64,000 nt of DNA from an uncultured Gammaproteobacteria bacterium. Lineage in GTDB: Bacteria > Pseudomonadota > Gammaproteobacteria > UBA9214. Positions within the stretch are counted from its first letter, which is position 1. Every line of letters starts with the position of its first letter. Below the pieces are notes generated by a model that worked only from the letters and a program-made list of their open reading frames with translations, ran no database searches and had not been told where the DNA came from. The stretch is from contig CAVYZN010000027.1 of the NCBI GenBank assembly GCA_963773065.1, positions 93,830 to 157,829 of the forward strand, in the 5' to 3' direction. Shown here piece by piece: positions 37,669-51,347 of the stretch. A program made the position numbers and the translations under genes.

Positions 37669-37908
37669 GGCGTATGTGCATCTCCTCGATGTCGGGCAGC
37701 TTAATCCGCCGATAAAAGTAGGGTGCGCTTCGATGCGCTTACTTGCCGTAACCCGGCAAGCGTTGCCACGGCAACACACGGACGACACGGAAATTAACGA
37801 CGTGCATGCCGTGCATTGCCGGTGCTTACCGTGGCCAATGGTGATTTGGCTAACGATACCGCTAAGTAGACCAGTCGGAACTGACTCCTTTATCCTGCAA
37901 CGTTCGCC

Positions 37909-41448
<3,540 letters not shown>

Positions 41449-41764
41449 GGGTAAACGGCCGGTCGTCGCCTGTAGCCGCAGATAATACCACTCGCCGGTC
41501 ACGCGGGCCGCCTTCGCACCCCTACGACCAGCCAGGACTAGGCTTACTACGCCATCACGCAGTCTGTCAGCGAGCCTGTGACTGGCCAAGTGTGAATCAC
41601 GATGGAACCGACTGCCAGGCTGGGAAACGGGGTAATGTAGGCTACCCGGCAACGTGGTTTTTGTAAGACTTCTCTTATTGTTCGCGATCCCGGCCGGTGA
41701 TAGTCTCACACGAGATATGAAATCAACGATTCAATGGAATGAACGTCACTACGGGGAACAACAG

Positions 41765-42412
41765 ATGATCAATGTGATGATAGTGGATGACCATGACCTG
41801 GTCCGTACCGGCCTCAAACGGATACTCGATGATGTGCAGGGCATAGATGTCATCGCCGAGGCGGGTAACGGGGAACAGGCCATCGAGGTTGCCCGCAGCA
41901 AGAGGCCCGATATCGTCCTCATGGATGTCAGCATGCCGGGTATCGGCGGGCTGGAAGCCACCCGCAGGATCACCAACTCGTTTCCCGCCATCCGTGTCAT
42001 CGCAGTAACCGTACACGAGGAGATTCCTTTCCCGACATGCCTGCTTGAAGCCGGCGCTTCCGGTTATATCACCAAGGGAAGCGACGTCATGGAGATCATC
42101 AACGCCATCACAACGGTGCATCGTGGTCAGCAGTACCTTACCAGGGATGTCGCCGAGAAAGTTGCGTTTACCGCGATCAGGAATCGCAACCGCTCGCCGC
42201 TGGAACGGCTCTCGGACCGGGAAGCGGAAATCATGCTGATGATCATTCAGGGCATCAGGAACAAGGACATAGCCGAGATGCTCTGCCTTAGTCCTAAGAC
42301 CACCAGCACGCTGCGCTACCGGCTGCATGAAAAGCTGGGCGTAGATAACGACGTGGAACTGACGCGCTATGCCATCCGCCACGGCATCATCAAGGAAACC
42401 GAGGTTCATTGA
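41765..42412 (+). CDS. uvrY: UvrY/GacA-like response regulator
   Basis: VDDHDLVRTG, MPGIGGLEATR, LSPKT..T.RYRL; upstream of uvrC. Confidence 0.75.
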   Translation: MINVMIVDDHDLVRTGLKRILDDVQGIDVIAEAGNGEQAIEVARSKRPDIVLMDVSMPGIGGLEATRRITNSFPAIRVIAVTVHEEIPFPTCLLEAGASGYITKGSDVMEIINAITTVHRGQQYLTRDVAEKVAFTAIRNRNRSPLERLSDREAEIMLMIIQGIRNKDIAEMLCLSPKTTSTLRYRLHEKLGVDNDVELTRYAIRHGIIKETEVH

Positions 42413-42608
42413 TGTTGCCGGCAGACAGGCGAACGCCCCGTCGAACAGGGCAATCCACCCAACCTGCCGTCGCCAATTCCCGGCCATTAATCCGGAATAC
42501 TGAGAACTTCATCAAGGAATTTATTGGATGGAGTGGCAAGCTATCGCCTGTCGTGCTTAATTATCAATAGTACGGCTGATCCAGTATCACCCCAAGGTGG
42601 CTTTTCCG

Positions 42609-44060
42609 ATGGTTGCAAAGCAAAGTCACGCCCCGGAGTTTCCCGACCAGTTGCATTGGTTCAATGTGGACAAGCCGGTCAGACTGAGCGAACAAAGAGG
42701 CAGGGTTATCCTCCTTAACTTTGATGCGTATTGCTCGCTTCACTGCCTTCATGTGAACGCGGATCTCAACTATCTCGCCAACAAATTCCCGAACGAACTG
42801 GCTGTCATCGGTATCCATGGACCGCGGTACCCGGCCGAAAGAAGCACCGAGCACCTTCGGAATGCCAGCAGTCGCAATCACATCCGGCATCCGATTATCC
42901 ACGATCCGAAATTCCGGCTGTGGCAACGCTATGGAATCCACACCGGTCCGACGCTGGTTGTCATTGATCGGCAGGGTGTCATCGTAGGCTCGATTTCAGG
43001 AGATGGGAATCGCCAAAAACTTGAGTGGATCATCACCACGCTGCTGACCAGGACGAGTGAATCGACCACCGGGCTGAATGCGCCTTACGCCCTGCAGCAG
43101 ACGCCCGAGCCGGCGCGCCCCCTGTCGTTCCCTGACAAGATACTCGCCACCGAAACCCGGGTTTACATAGCCGACAGTGGCCACAATCGCATTCTGGCCA
43201 CATCACCGCAGGGCCACATACTGCATCAGTATGGTGACGGCAACCCGGGATTCATGGATGGCAACGGTTTCGCCGCGGCGTTCGATGCTCCACAGGGTAT
43301 GGTCATTGCCGACGAATTCCTCTATGTCGCCGACACCGGCAACCACGCCATACGCCGCATAAACATTCGCAACGATGACGTGGTGACGCTGGCCGGTAGC
43401 GGGGCGATGGGTCTGAAATCCAGCGGTGATTATTTTGGCAACCCACGCGAGGTGGACCTGAATTCCCCCAGCGGCCTGGCCTTCAAAACCAATGTGCTGT
43501 ATATCGCCATGACCGGCCTGCACCAGATCTGGTCGCTGTCACTCGTCACGAATACGCTGGAAATCTTCGCGGGCAGCGGCGAGGAAGGACTCGTCGATGG
43601 CGCCTCGTGGAACGCCTGTTTTGCCCAACCCACGGCATTGAGCATCATCGGGCACACACTCTATGTGGTCGATACCGGGTCGTCAGCCATTCGCGCCATT
43701 GACCTGAATACGCGGCACGTGACGACATTGGTCGGGAGGAGGGTCCTTGACTATGGGGATACGGATGGCATCGGGTCGGCCGCCGGATTCCAGTATCCGC
43801 TCGACATCAAGGCCGACCAGACCCAGAAATCGCTATGGATCGCAGATACATATAACAACAAGATCAGGAAGTTGAGAGTCGATAATAAACTGGTTTCCAG
43901 TTTTCTGGTGAAGCGTGATCTGAATGAACCCAGTGGGCTGGCATTCGGCGGGAATAATCTATACATTGCCAATACCAACCGTCACGAAATCGTTCGCATC
44001 AACCTGCACAGCGGATCCACAGAAGCCCTGAATGTCAGCGATAAATACATCGGTCTTTAA
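42609..44060 (+). CDS. Thioredoxin-like + NHL repeat protein
   Basis: N-terminal redoxin with YCSLHC; repeated IADSGHNRI, VADTGNHAIR and IADTYNNKIR. Confidence 0.85.
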   Translation: MVAKQSHAPEFPDQLHWFNVDKPVRLSEQRGRVILLNFDAYCSLHCLHVNADLNYLANKFPNELAVIGIHGPRYPAERSTEHLRNASSRNHIRHPIIHDPKFRLWQRYGIHTGPTLVVIDRQGVIVGSISGDGNRQKLEWIITTLLTRTSESTTGLNAPYALQQTPEPARPLSFPDKILATETRVYIADSGHNRILATSPQGHILHQYGDGNPGFMDGNGFAAAFDAPQGMVIADEFLYVADTGNHAIRRINIRNDDVVTLAGSGAMGLKSSGDYFGNPREVDLNSPSGLAFKTNVLYIAMTGLHQIWSLSLVTNTLEIFAGSGEEGLVDGASWNACFAQPTALSIIGHTLYVVDTGSSAIRAIDLNTRHVTTLVGRRVLDYGDTDGIGSAAGFQYPLDIKADQTQKSLWIADTYNNKIRKLRVDNKLVSSFLVKRDLNEPSGLAFGGNNLYIANTNRHEIVRINLHSGSTEALNVSDKYIGL

Positions 44061-44709
44061 CCCCGACTGTAGAGACTGTCCCCGCTTAACCACGTTCCTC
44101 GATCAGACCGGCCAGAAACATCCCGACTACCATTGTGCTCCGGTCGCCCCCTTCGGTGATCCCGAGGCGCACCTACTGATTGTCGGACTCGCGCCGGGCA
44201 TGCATGGCGCCAACGCCACCGGACGTCCGTTTACCGGTGACTATGCGGGCATCCTGCTCTACCGGACGCTTTTCGATTTCGGTTTCAGCAACAGGCCGGA
44301 GTCAAGAGAGCGCGATGATGGCCTGGAGCTGTTTGATTGCCGCATCACCAATGCCGTGAAATGCCTGCCGCCGCAAAACAAACCGCGGCCCGATGAAATC
44401 AGGCGGTGTAATGCCTATCTCAAACGCGAACTGGCGCACCTGTTCGACGGATCAGTCATCATCGGACTCGGAAGAATCGCCCACGATGCCGTGCTGCGGG
44501 CTATGGGGTTACGTCCCGCAACGTATCCCTTCGGGCATGGCCATACCCACCGTTTCGCAAACGGCAAACTGCTGATCGATTCCTACCATTGCAGCCGCTA
44601 CAACACCCAGACACGCCGCCTGACGGCGGAGATGTTCACCGACATCTTCCGTCTCGCCCGCGAGCTGGTTGAATCGCGGCCAACCCGATTGCCCGAAGCG
44701 TCTGGATAG
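44032..44709 (+). CDS. Uracil-DNA glycosylase, family 5 (UdgB-like)
   Basis: CRDCPRL, GLAPGMHGANATGRPFTGD, YHCSRYNTQT. Confidence 0.88.
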   Translation: MSAINTSVFNPDCRDCPRLTTFLDQTGQKHPDYHCAPVAPFGDPEAHLLIVGLAPGMHGANATGRPFTGDYAGILLYRTLFDFGFSNRPESRERDDGLELFDCRITNAVKCLPPQNKPRPDEIRRCNAYLKRELAHLFDGSVIIGLGRIAHDAVLRAMGLRPATYPFGHGHTHRFANGKLLIDSYHCSRYNTQTRRLTAEMFTDIFRLARELVESRPTRLPEASG

Positions 44710-44713
44710 ACGG

Positions 44714-46546
44714 ATGTCCGGAAAGAGTGCCGTATTCGACGCCGGCGATTTTCTGAAAACCCTGACCCCTCGGCCCGGCGTCTACCGCATGCTCGATGAT
44801 GAGGGTGCGGTGCTCTACGTCGGCAAGGCGCGCAATCTCAGGAAACGCGTGGCGAGTTATTTCCAGCGCACCGGTCTCAGCACCAAGACCCTCGCACTGG
44901 TGGCGCAGATCGCCGCCATCGAGATCACGGTCACGCATACCGAGAACGAGGCGCTGTTGCTGGAAAACAACCTGATCAAGACGTTTCAACCGCGCTACAA
45001 CGTGCTTCTGCGCGATGACAAGAGTTACCCGTATATCTACCTGTCATCGGATGAGCAATACCCGCGGCTGGCCTTTCACCGTGGGGCAAAACGCGGCAAG
45101 GGAAGCTATTTCGGGCCTTATCCCAGCGCCGGTGCCGTAAGGGAAAGCCTCCGCCTCCTGCAGAAGCTCTTCAAGGTGCGCCAATGCGAGGACAGTTTTT
45201 TCAGGAACCGATCCCGGCCCTGCATGCAATACCAAATCAAGCGCTGCAACGCGCCCTGCGTCGGTTATATCAGCCCGGCAGAGTATGCCGAGGACGTGAG
45301 GAACACGGTGATGTTTCTGGAGGGCAAGGACAGCGCCGTGATCGACGCCCTGGCCGCGCGCATGGAAAAGGCCTCCGCCGCGCTTGATTATGAGAAAGCC
45401 GCCGGCTATCGCGACCAGATCGCGACCCTGCGCCGGGTGCAGGAAAAGCAATACGTCAGCAATGAACGCGGGGACCTCGATATCCTGGCCTGTGCCACAG
45501 ACGGAGGCAATGCCTGTGTCCAGGTGTTCTTCATCCGCCATGGCCGCAATCTGGGCAATGCTATCTTCTACCCCAAGGTGCCGGATGATTCAGGCAATGA
45601 AGAGATCCTGTCGGCCTTTATCACCCAGTATTACCTGGGCCGGAACATTCCGGCCGAACTGCTGCTGAGCCACAAACCGGAGGATGCGGACTTGATTCAG
45701 AAGGTGCTAAGCGAGCAGGCGGGGCACAGGATCAAGCTTACCACCAGTGTACGCAACGAGCGGGCCCGCTGGCTCAGTCTCGCACTCAATAACGCCAAAC
45801 AGGCGCTCAGCAGCTACCTCAATACGCGCAAAGGCTATCTGGGACGCCTGCATGAACTCAAGGCAGCACTCGGCCTGGAAGAACTGCCGGAACGCATGGA
45901 ATGTTTCGATATCAGCCACACACAGGGGGAGTCGACGGTCGCCTCGTGCGTTGTGTTCGGGATGGAAGGGCCGTTAAAATCCGATTATCGCCGGTTCAAT
46001 ATCCAGGGCATCCAACCGGGCGATGATTACGCCGCCATGGAGCAGGCGCTGATGCGGCGCTACCTGCGGCTGATGAAGGGTGAAGGCAAGTTGCCCGAGC
46101 TGTTGTTCATCGATGGCGGGAAGGGCCAGATTGCAGCCGCCAAACGGGTAATGGAGGAATTGCAGGTGCCGGATGTTCGCATCATCGGCATCGCCAAGGG
46201 GCCGGAGAGGAAGCCCGGGCTGGAGACACTATATGTACCGGGACGAACTCAACCGATAAATCTTGCACCGGACTCGCCGGCTTTGCACTTGATCCAGCAA
46301 ATCCGTGACGAAGCACACCGCTTTGCGATTACTGGCCACCGCCAGCGTCGCAGCAGGGCACGTAAGGTATCGCCGCTGGAGCAGATCGCCGGAATCGGCC
46401 CGAAACGTCGCCAGCAACTGCTGAGACAACTGGGTGGACTCAGGGAGGTCGCCAAGGCCGGGGTGGATGATCTACTGACAGTCAAAGGAATCAACCGCGC
46501 GCTCGCGCAGCAGATCTATGACGCCTTTCACGGCGAGTTGACATAG
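44714..46546 (+). CDS. uvrC: Excinuclease ABC subunit C
   Basis: PGVYRM, YVGKA, DDKSYPY, ECFDISH, IDGGKGQ, RDEAHRFA, HhH. Confidence 0.97.
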   Translation: MSGKSAVFDAGDFLKTLTPRPGVYRMLDDEGAVLYVGKARNLRKRVASYFQRTGLSTKTLALVAQIAAIEITVTHTENEALLLENNLIKTFQPRYNVLLRDDKSYPYIYLSSDEQYPRLAFHRGAKRGKGSYFGPYPSAGAVRESLRLLQKLFKVRQCEDSFFRNRSRPCMQYQIKRCNAPCVGYISPAEYAEDVRNTVMFLEGKDSAVIDALAARMEKASAALDYEKAAGYRDQIATLRRVQEKQYVSNERGDLDILACATDGGNACVQVFFIRHGRNLGNAIFYPKVPDDSGNEEILSAFITQYYLGRNIPAELLLSHKPEDADLIQKVLSEQAGHRIKLTTSVRNERARWLSLALNNAKQALSSYLNTRKGYLGRLHELKAALGLEELPERMECFDISHTQGESTVASCVVFGMEGPLKSDYRRFNIQGIQPGDDYAAMEQALMRRYLRLMKGEGKLPELLFIDGGKGQIAAAKRVMEELQVPDVRIIGIAKGPERKPGLETLYVPGRTQPINLAPDSPALHLIQQIRDEAHRFAITGHRQRRSRARKVSPLEQIAGIGPKRRQQLLRQLGGLREVAKAGVDDLLTVKGINRALAQQIYDAFHGELT

Positions 46547-46547
46547 C

Positions 46548-47141
46548 ATGACGACAATGAAATGGAATATTCCGAACCTACTCACCCTGCTGCGCATCAT
46601 TCTGATACCGGTGTTCGTGCTCGTTTTTTACGCCCCGTACGAATGGTCAAACCTTCTCAGCACGGCGATCTTCGGCCTGGCTGCGGTGACGGACTGGCTC
46701 GATGGCTATTTCGCCCGTCGCCTGAAGCAGGCGTCCGTCTTCGGCGCATTCCTCGACCCGGTTGCCGACAAACTTATGGTCGCCGTCGCCCTGGTGGTGC
46801 TGGTCCAGGATAATCCGACCATGTTGTTCACGATACCCGCGGCCATTATCGTGGGACGCGAGATCGTAATTTCCGCGCTGCGTGAATGGATGTCCGAGAT
46901 CGGGGCGAGAACCAGGGTGGCGGTGTCGGTGATCGGCAAGATAAAAACGGCGGCCCAGATGGTCGCCATCCTGCTGCTGCTCTACAACCATCCACTTGGC
47001 GCATTCCCCACCCATGATGTCGGGCTGATACTGATCTACGTCGCCGCCACGCTGACCCTGTGGTCCATGGTCGTTTATCTGAGGGCCGCCTGGCCCATCC
47101 TGATGGGCAAACCGGCGTCGAATCCACGGGATGATGCTTGA
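46548..47141 (+). CDS. pgsA: CDP-diacylglycerol-glycerol-3-phosphate phosphatidyltransferase
   Basis: NIPNLLTLLRI, TDWLDGYFAR, FLDPVADK. Confidence 0.96.
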   Translation: MTTMKWNIPNLLTLLRIILIPVFVLVFYAPYEWSNLLSTAIFGLAAVTDWLDGYFARRLKQASVFGAFLDPVADKLMVAVALVVLVQDNPTMLFTIPAAIIVGREIVISALREWMSEIGARTRVAVSVIGKIKTAAQMVAILLLLYNHPLGAFPTHDVGLILIYVAATLTLWSMVVYLRAAWPILMGKPASNPRDDA

Positions 47142-47165
47142 CAGGCTATGAACCGACGATACAAT
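47138..47165 (+). promoter_or_regulatory. sigma70 promoter of the tRNA operon
   Basis: TTGACA-16 bp-TACAAT just upstream of tRNA-Gly. Confidence 0.75.
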
Positions 47166-47179
47166 GACCGTCTGTCAAT

Positions 47180-47255
47180 GCGGGAATAGCTCAGCTGGTA
47201 GAGCACAACCTTGCCAAGGTTGGGGTCGCGAGTTCGAATCTCGTTTCCCGCTCCA
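47180..47255 (+). tRNA. tRNA-Gly(GCC)
   Basis: Canonical 76-nt cloverleaf ending CCA. Confidence 0.97.
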
Positions 47256-47331
47256 TAGTTGCAGTTGGAAGAACCCCGGAAAGCCATCCGGGGTTTTTAC
47301 CGTCAGGCAGTGACCGTTGCGCAGCTTCAGC

Positions 47332-47405
47332 GGCTGAGTGGCAGAGTGGTTATGCAGCGGCCTGCAAAGCCGTGGACGCCGGTTCGATTCCGACCTCAGC
47401 CTCCA
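47332..47405 (+). tRNA. tRNA-Cys(GCA)
   Basis: Canonical 74-nt cloverleaf ending CCA. Confidence 0.96.
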
Positions 47406-47459
47406 ATTCTTCATCTACATCCTTAGCCCGTCTCTGTAAAATCCAACCTGCAGAGTTTC

Positions 47460-47545
47460 GCCCGGCAGGCGGAATTGGGAGACGCAAGGGACTCAAAATT
47501 CCCGATGGCAAAACCGTACCGGTTCGATTCCAATCCCGGGCACCA
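47460..47545 (+). pseudogene. Degenerate tRNA-Leu (anticodon reads CAA)
   Basis: Leu-like body with long variable arm and CCA, but acceptor C7:C66, no U8, two T-stem mismatches. Confidence 0.75.
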
Positions 47546-47685
47546 TATTACCAACAGCAAATCCGCTGCTTGCCGGGATCGCCTCTCGATTGGTGGAATC
47601 AGACCGTGATCATGGTCACTACATTTCCGATGACAAGTGACGATATTAGGGGCACTACTCTATCTTGTCAGGAAATATGATACCT

Positions 47686-48006
47686 ATGAACATAAAATAT
47701 CTCGCTTTAGCGGTGGCGCTGGCGGTTGTTGAGGCAAATGCTGGTAATTCTACCCTGGACGCGGCAATTGGTGGCGGCGTTGGTGGCGCCGCCGGTGCTG
47801 CGATCGGCAATGAGATAGGTGGCCGCGATGGTGCGATTATTGGCGGTGGTCTGGGTGGAGCGGTCGGGGCAGCGGTCACTACCGGTGATGAATCACACCA
47901 CTCATCATCGCATGAAGAAACGTATCATCATTACAATCCGCCGCCGGACGGATATCCTGCTCACCACTTCTGCCCACCCGGCCAGGCGAAGAAGGGTCGT
48001 TGCTAA
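47686..48006 (+). CDS. Glycine-zipper secreted protein
   Basis: GGGVGGAAGAAIG repeats and CPPGQAKKGRC tail. Confidence 0.8.
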   Translation: MNIKYLALAVALAVVEANAGNSTLDAAIGGGVGGAAGAAIGNEIGGRDGAIIGGGLGGAVGAAVTTGDESHHSSSHEETYHHYNPPPDGYPAHHFCPPGQAKKGRC

Positions 48007-48795
48007 CCCCACTGACGCTTGGTTCCCTGGTGTACTTCAATTTACTGGCGAAATGCACTGAGCATCGTTATTGGCCAGGTAGGGGTGAAGCAAGATCTTG
48101 ATCCTCTCACATCCCGGCTCGCCGGAATCCAGCCATAGCCCGTAATCCCCCTGGAGAGACGATGGCCTCAATGCGTACCTGTGACGGGCCTTTCGGCCCT
48201 CACTTGCCTTTTCAGCAAGACGAACACGGCAGTCGATAGTTGCGTTTCTTGAGTGCCTCGTGAAATCTCCAGATTGTCGTTGGCATGATGATCGTGTCAC
48301 GCACACAATGTCTTCGATCGAGAAACAGCAACCAGAAACCAAACAGGAAGTTGTCAAGTGCGGAAAGAGTGGGTGCGCACCGTCGACGACTGCAGGGATG
48401 CACGACTGCATGCAGGAGGTAGGGTAAGGCAGGAGCAATTACCGAGGAGTTAGGGCAACGCATTGAGCAGTTGCCGAGATCGATTGATGACCAGGAGTTG
48501 CTGCTGGTTGGCATGGATGCGCCCAACGACGCCGAACGCGAGAGCGGGCTAAGGGTGAGTGATCAGCGTGAAGCGCGCAGGGATACAGCAGCCAGCGCGC
48601 TCGCGACCGCCGTCCTTCTGGTTGACCCTCGCGAAATGAGCGGGTTATGCTCCCGCTACTCGCATTACCGGCCACAGTCGGAAATCAGGGCGGTGCGGGA
48701 TGTGCCCGCCGGGCATTGCCCTGGATCAAGAAAGGACCGCGCGAGCCTGTTGTAAACAGAGAAGCGAAACATCGACATCCAGCCATGAGGTTCCC

Positions 48796-49671
48796 ATGTT
48801 CGCTTTCAGCACGGAAGAACTGCAAACGGTCCTGTTGCAATTGGATCAGACCATCTACAACCACGAGCAATGGTCCAAGGGGCTAGACCGGACGCTGATC
48901 TGCAAGTCTCACTGCGACCAGCGCGACGTGAGTCCGGAAGCGCACCGGCAATGCCAGTTCGGCCAGTGGTACTACACCTATGCCTCGGCCAAGCTGCAAC
49001 AATTGCCGGCCTTCGTTGCGATCGAGGCGGAACATGCACGCATGCATCAACTGGCCGCGCGCCTGCTGATGGCGGTCGCGGCCGGTAAGACCATCTCGCC
49101 GTACGAGTACGACAATTTCGCCCAGACCCTGGAACGCCTGCGCCTGCAACTGCATTCCCTCAAAAGCGAACTGAACGAGCAGCTCTTCAACCGTGACCCG
49201 CTCACCGGCGCCAATACCCGTAACGGCCTGCTCACGGAACTGCGCGAACAGCATGAACTGGTGAAACGCCGGGTGCAGCCCTGCGGCCTGGTCATGATGG
49301 ATCTGGATTATTTCAAGGCGGTCAACGACGGTCATGGCCACCCGGCCGGCGATCAGGTACTGGTCGAAACCGCGGCGTTTCTGATGGAGCACCTGCGATC
49401 TTACGACAAGATATTCCGCTACGGCGGCGAGGAGTTTCTCATCTGCCTGCCCAACATGGATGCGGCGGTCAGCGTGGGCGTGGTGGAGCGCCTACGCAAA
49501 GAACTTGCGCAAAAGGCCTACTCTCTCGCGGTTGGAACCACCATACAGGTTACGGCTTCCTTCGGCGTGGCGGAGCTGGATCCCAACCTGCCGGTGGAGG
49601 CGACACTGGACCGGGCCGACAAGGCGCTTTATGCGGCCAAGGGTGCCGGCCGGAATTGCACGCGGGCCTAG
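48796..49671 (+). CDS. CZB-domain diguanylate cyclase (DgcZ-like)
   Basis: HEQW, HRQCQFGQWY, HARMH zinc-binding motifs; RSYD I-site and GGEEF. Confidence 0.88.
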   Translation: MFAFSTEELQTVLLQLDQTIYNHEQWSKGLDRTLICKSHCDQRDVSPEAHRQCQFGQWYYTYASAKLQQLPAFVAIEAEHARMHQLAARLLMAVAAGKTISPYEYDNFAQTLERLRLQLHSLKSELNEQLFNRDPLTGANTRNGLLTELREQHELVKRRVQPCGLVMMDLDYFKAVNDGHGHPAGDQVLVETAAFLMEHLRSYDKIFRYGGEEFLICLPNMDAAVSVGVVERLRKELAQKAYSLAVGTTIQVTASFGVAELDPNLPVEATLDRADKALYAAKGAGRNCTRA

Positions 49672-49693
49672 GATCCCGCGATGTGAACGAACC

Positions 49694-50143
49694 ATGCAGG
49701 ACCTGTCCGGGATCCGACCCCGCAGCGAGGATAGCGTTATAAAACGGTTTGCAGGCGTGCTCTTTGTGGGTCTCCATTTGCTATCACAGGGTGCGTACGC
49801 GGACGATACCATCATCGTGTTCGATGCCTCCGGGCCAATGTGGGGCCGGATCGAAGGCATGACCAGTATCGACATTGCACACGAGTTCATGGCCGGGCTT
49901 CTTGTGCGGCCGCCTGCCGACAAGCGTCTTGGACTCATGGCCTACGGCCATCGGCGCATGGGCGACTGCACCGACGCCGGTGAAGTCGCCTACCTAAGTT
50001 ATGCCAATGCGCGCGACGGCAGTCCCGCCCGGCTGCAGTTACCGGCCGAACCCGGTGCCTACGAGTTTCGCTATGTGTTGCTTGGCAAGAAGGTGATTGC
50101 CCGCCGCCAGATCGAGGTGACGGCCCCTGTAAAATTTGCATGA
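49694..50143 (+). pseudogene. Internally deleted vWA-domain protein
   Basis: IVFDASGPMWG...LMAYGHRR.GDCTD joined directly to a C-terminal PAEPGAYEFRY segment. Confidence 0.55.
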
Positions 50144-51347
50144 AACGCAGGGACTTTCTCAGGTATGCGGCAATTACCCCCCTAGCGGCTCCCGTACTGT
50201 GTCAAGGGTTTGCGATGACGCCACAACCTGGTGAACAACAGGCTAACCACAGACCCGATGCGGTCACCCTGTTCGTCGCCGGCGACGTGATGACGGGGAG
50301 AGGTATCGACCAGGTGCTGCCCCATCCCGGTGACCCGCACATTTTCGAACCCTACAGCCGTTCGGCGCTGGATTATGTGAGACTCGCCGAGCGCACCACC
50401 GGCCCGATCCCCCGGGCGGTGGTCTACACGTATATCTGGGGTGACGCCCTGGCGGCGCTCGATGCAGCCGCTCCCGATCTGCGAATCATCAACCTGGAAA
50501 CGGCGGTCACCCGCACCGGGACACCCTGGCCGGGCAAGGGCATCCAGTATCGCATGCACCCGGACAACATTCCCTGCCTGAGCGCGGCGCATATCGACTG
50601 CTGCGTGCTGGCCAACAACCATGTGCTGGACTGGGGTTACGCGGGATTCGAGGAGACCCTGGTGACCCTGTCAAAAGCCGGCTTGACGACGGTGGGGGCG
50701 GGCGCCGACCAGGCGCCGGCGGTGTTTCCACTGCCGGGGCAGGGACGGGTCCGGCTATCTTTGCCTGGGGGTTCCCCAAGCAGCGGATCCCGGCGACATG
50801 GGCGGCAAGCGCCGGCAAGCCGGGGCTCAACCTGTTGGAGGACCTTTCGAACCACACGGTAAATAGGATCGCCGCAACCGTGCACGCGCACCGGCGACCC
50901 GGTGACCGGGTGGTGGTTTCGCTGCACTGGGGAGGCAACTGGGGCTATGCGCTCCCGGAGGAGCACACCCGCTTCGCTCATGCGCTCGTCGATGAGGCGG
51001 GCGTGGATCTGGTTCACGGACATTCCTCGCACCACCCCTTGGGCATCGAAGTCTACCGGGGCAAACTGGTGCTCTATGGCTGTGGCGACCTGATCGATGA
51101 CTACGAAGGCATCAGTGGCCATGCCCAGTACCGGGTCGATCTCGCGCTGCTCTACCTGGTGAGGCTGGACCGGTCAACGGGTGAACTGCGGCGTCTGGAG
51201 ATGATCCCGATGCGCCGGCAGCGTTTCAGGCTCAACACCGCGCAAAGCGAGGACATCGACTGGCTGGGAACGACGCTGGACCGGGAGAGCCGGCGACTGG
51301 GAGCCAGGGTTATACGCTCCGATCGCGATACCCTGCGGCTGGACTGA
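50140..51347 (+). CDS. CapA/PGA_cap family metallophosphoesterase with Tat-like signal (frameshifted)
   Basis: MKRRDFL, GDVMTGRG, NLET, LANNHVLDWG, HWGGNW, GHSSHH, YGCGD. Confidence 0.85.
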
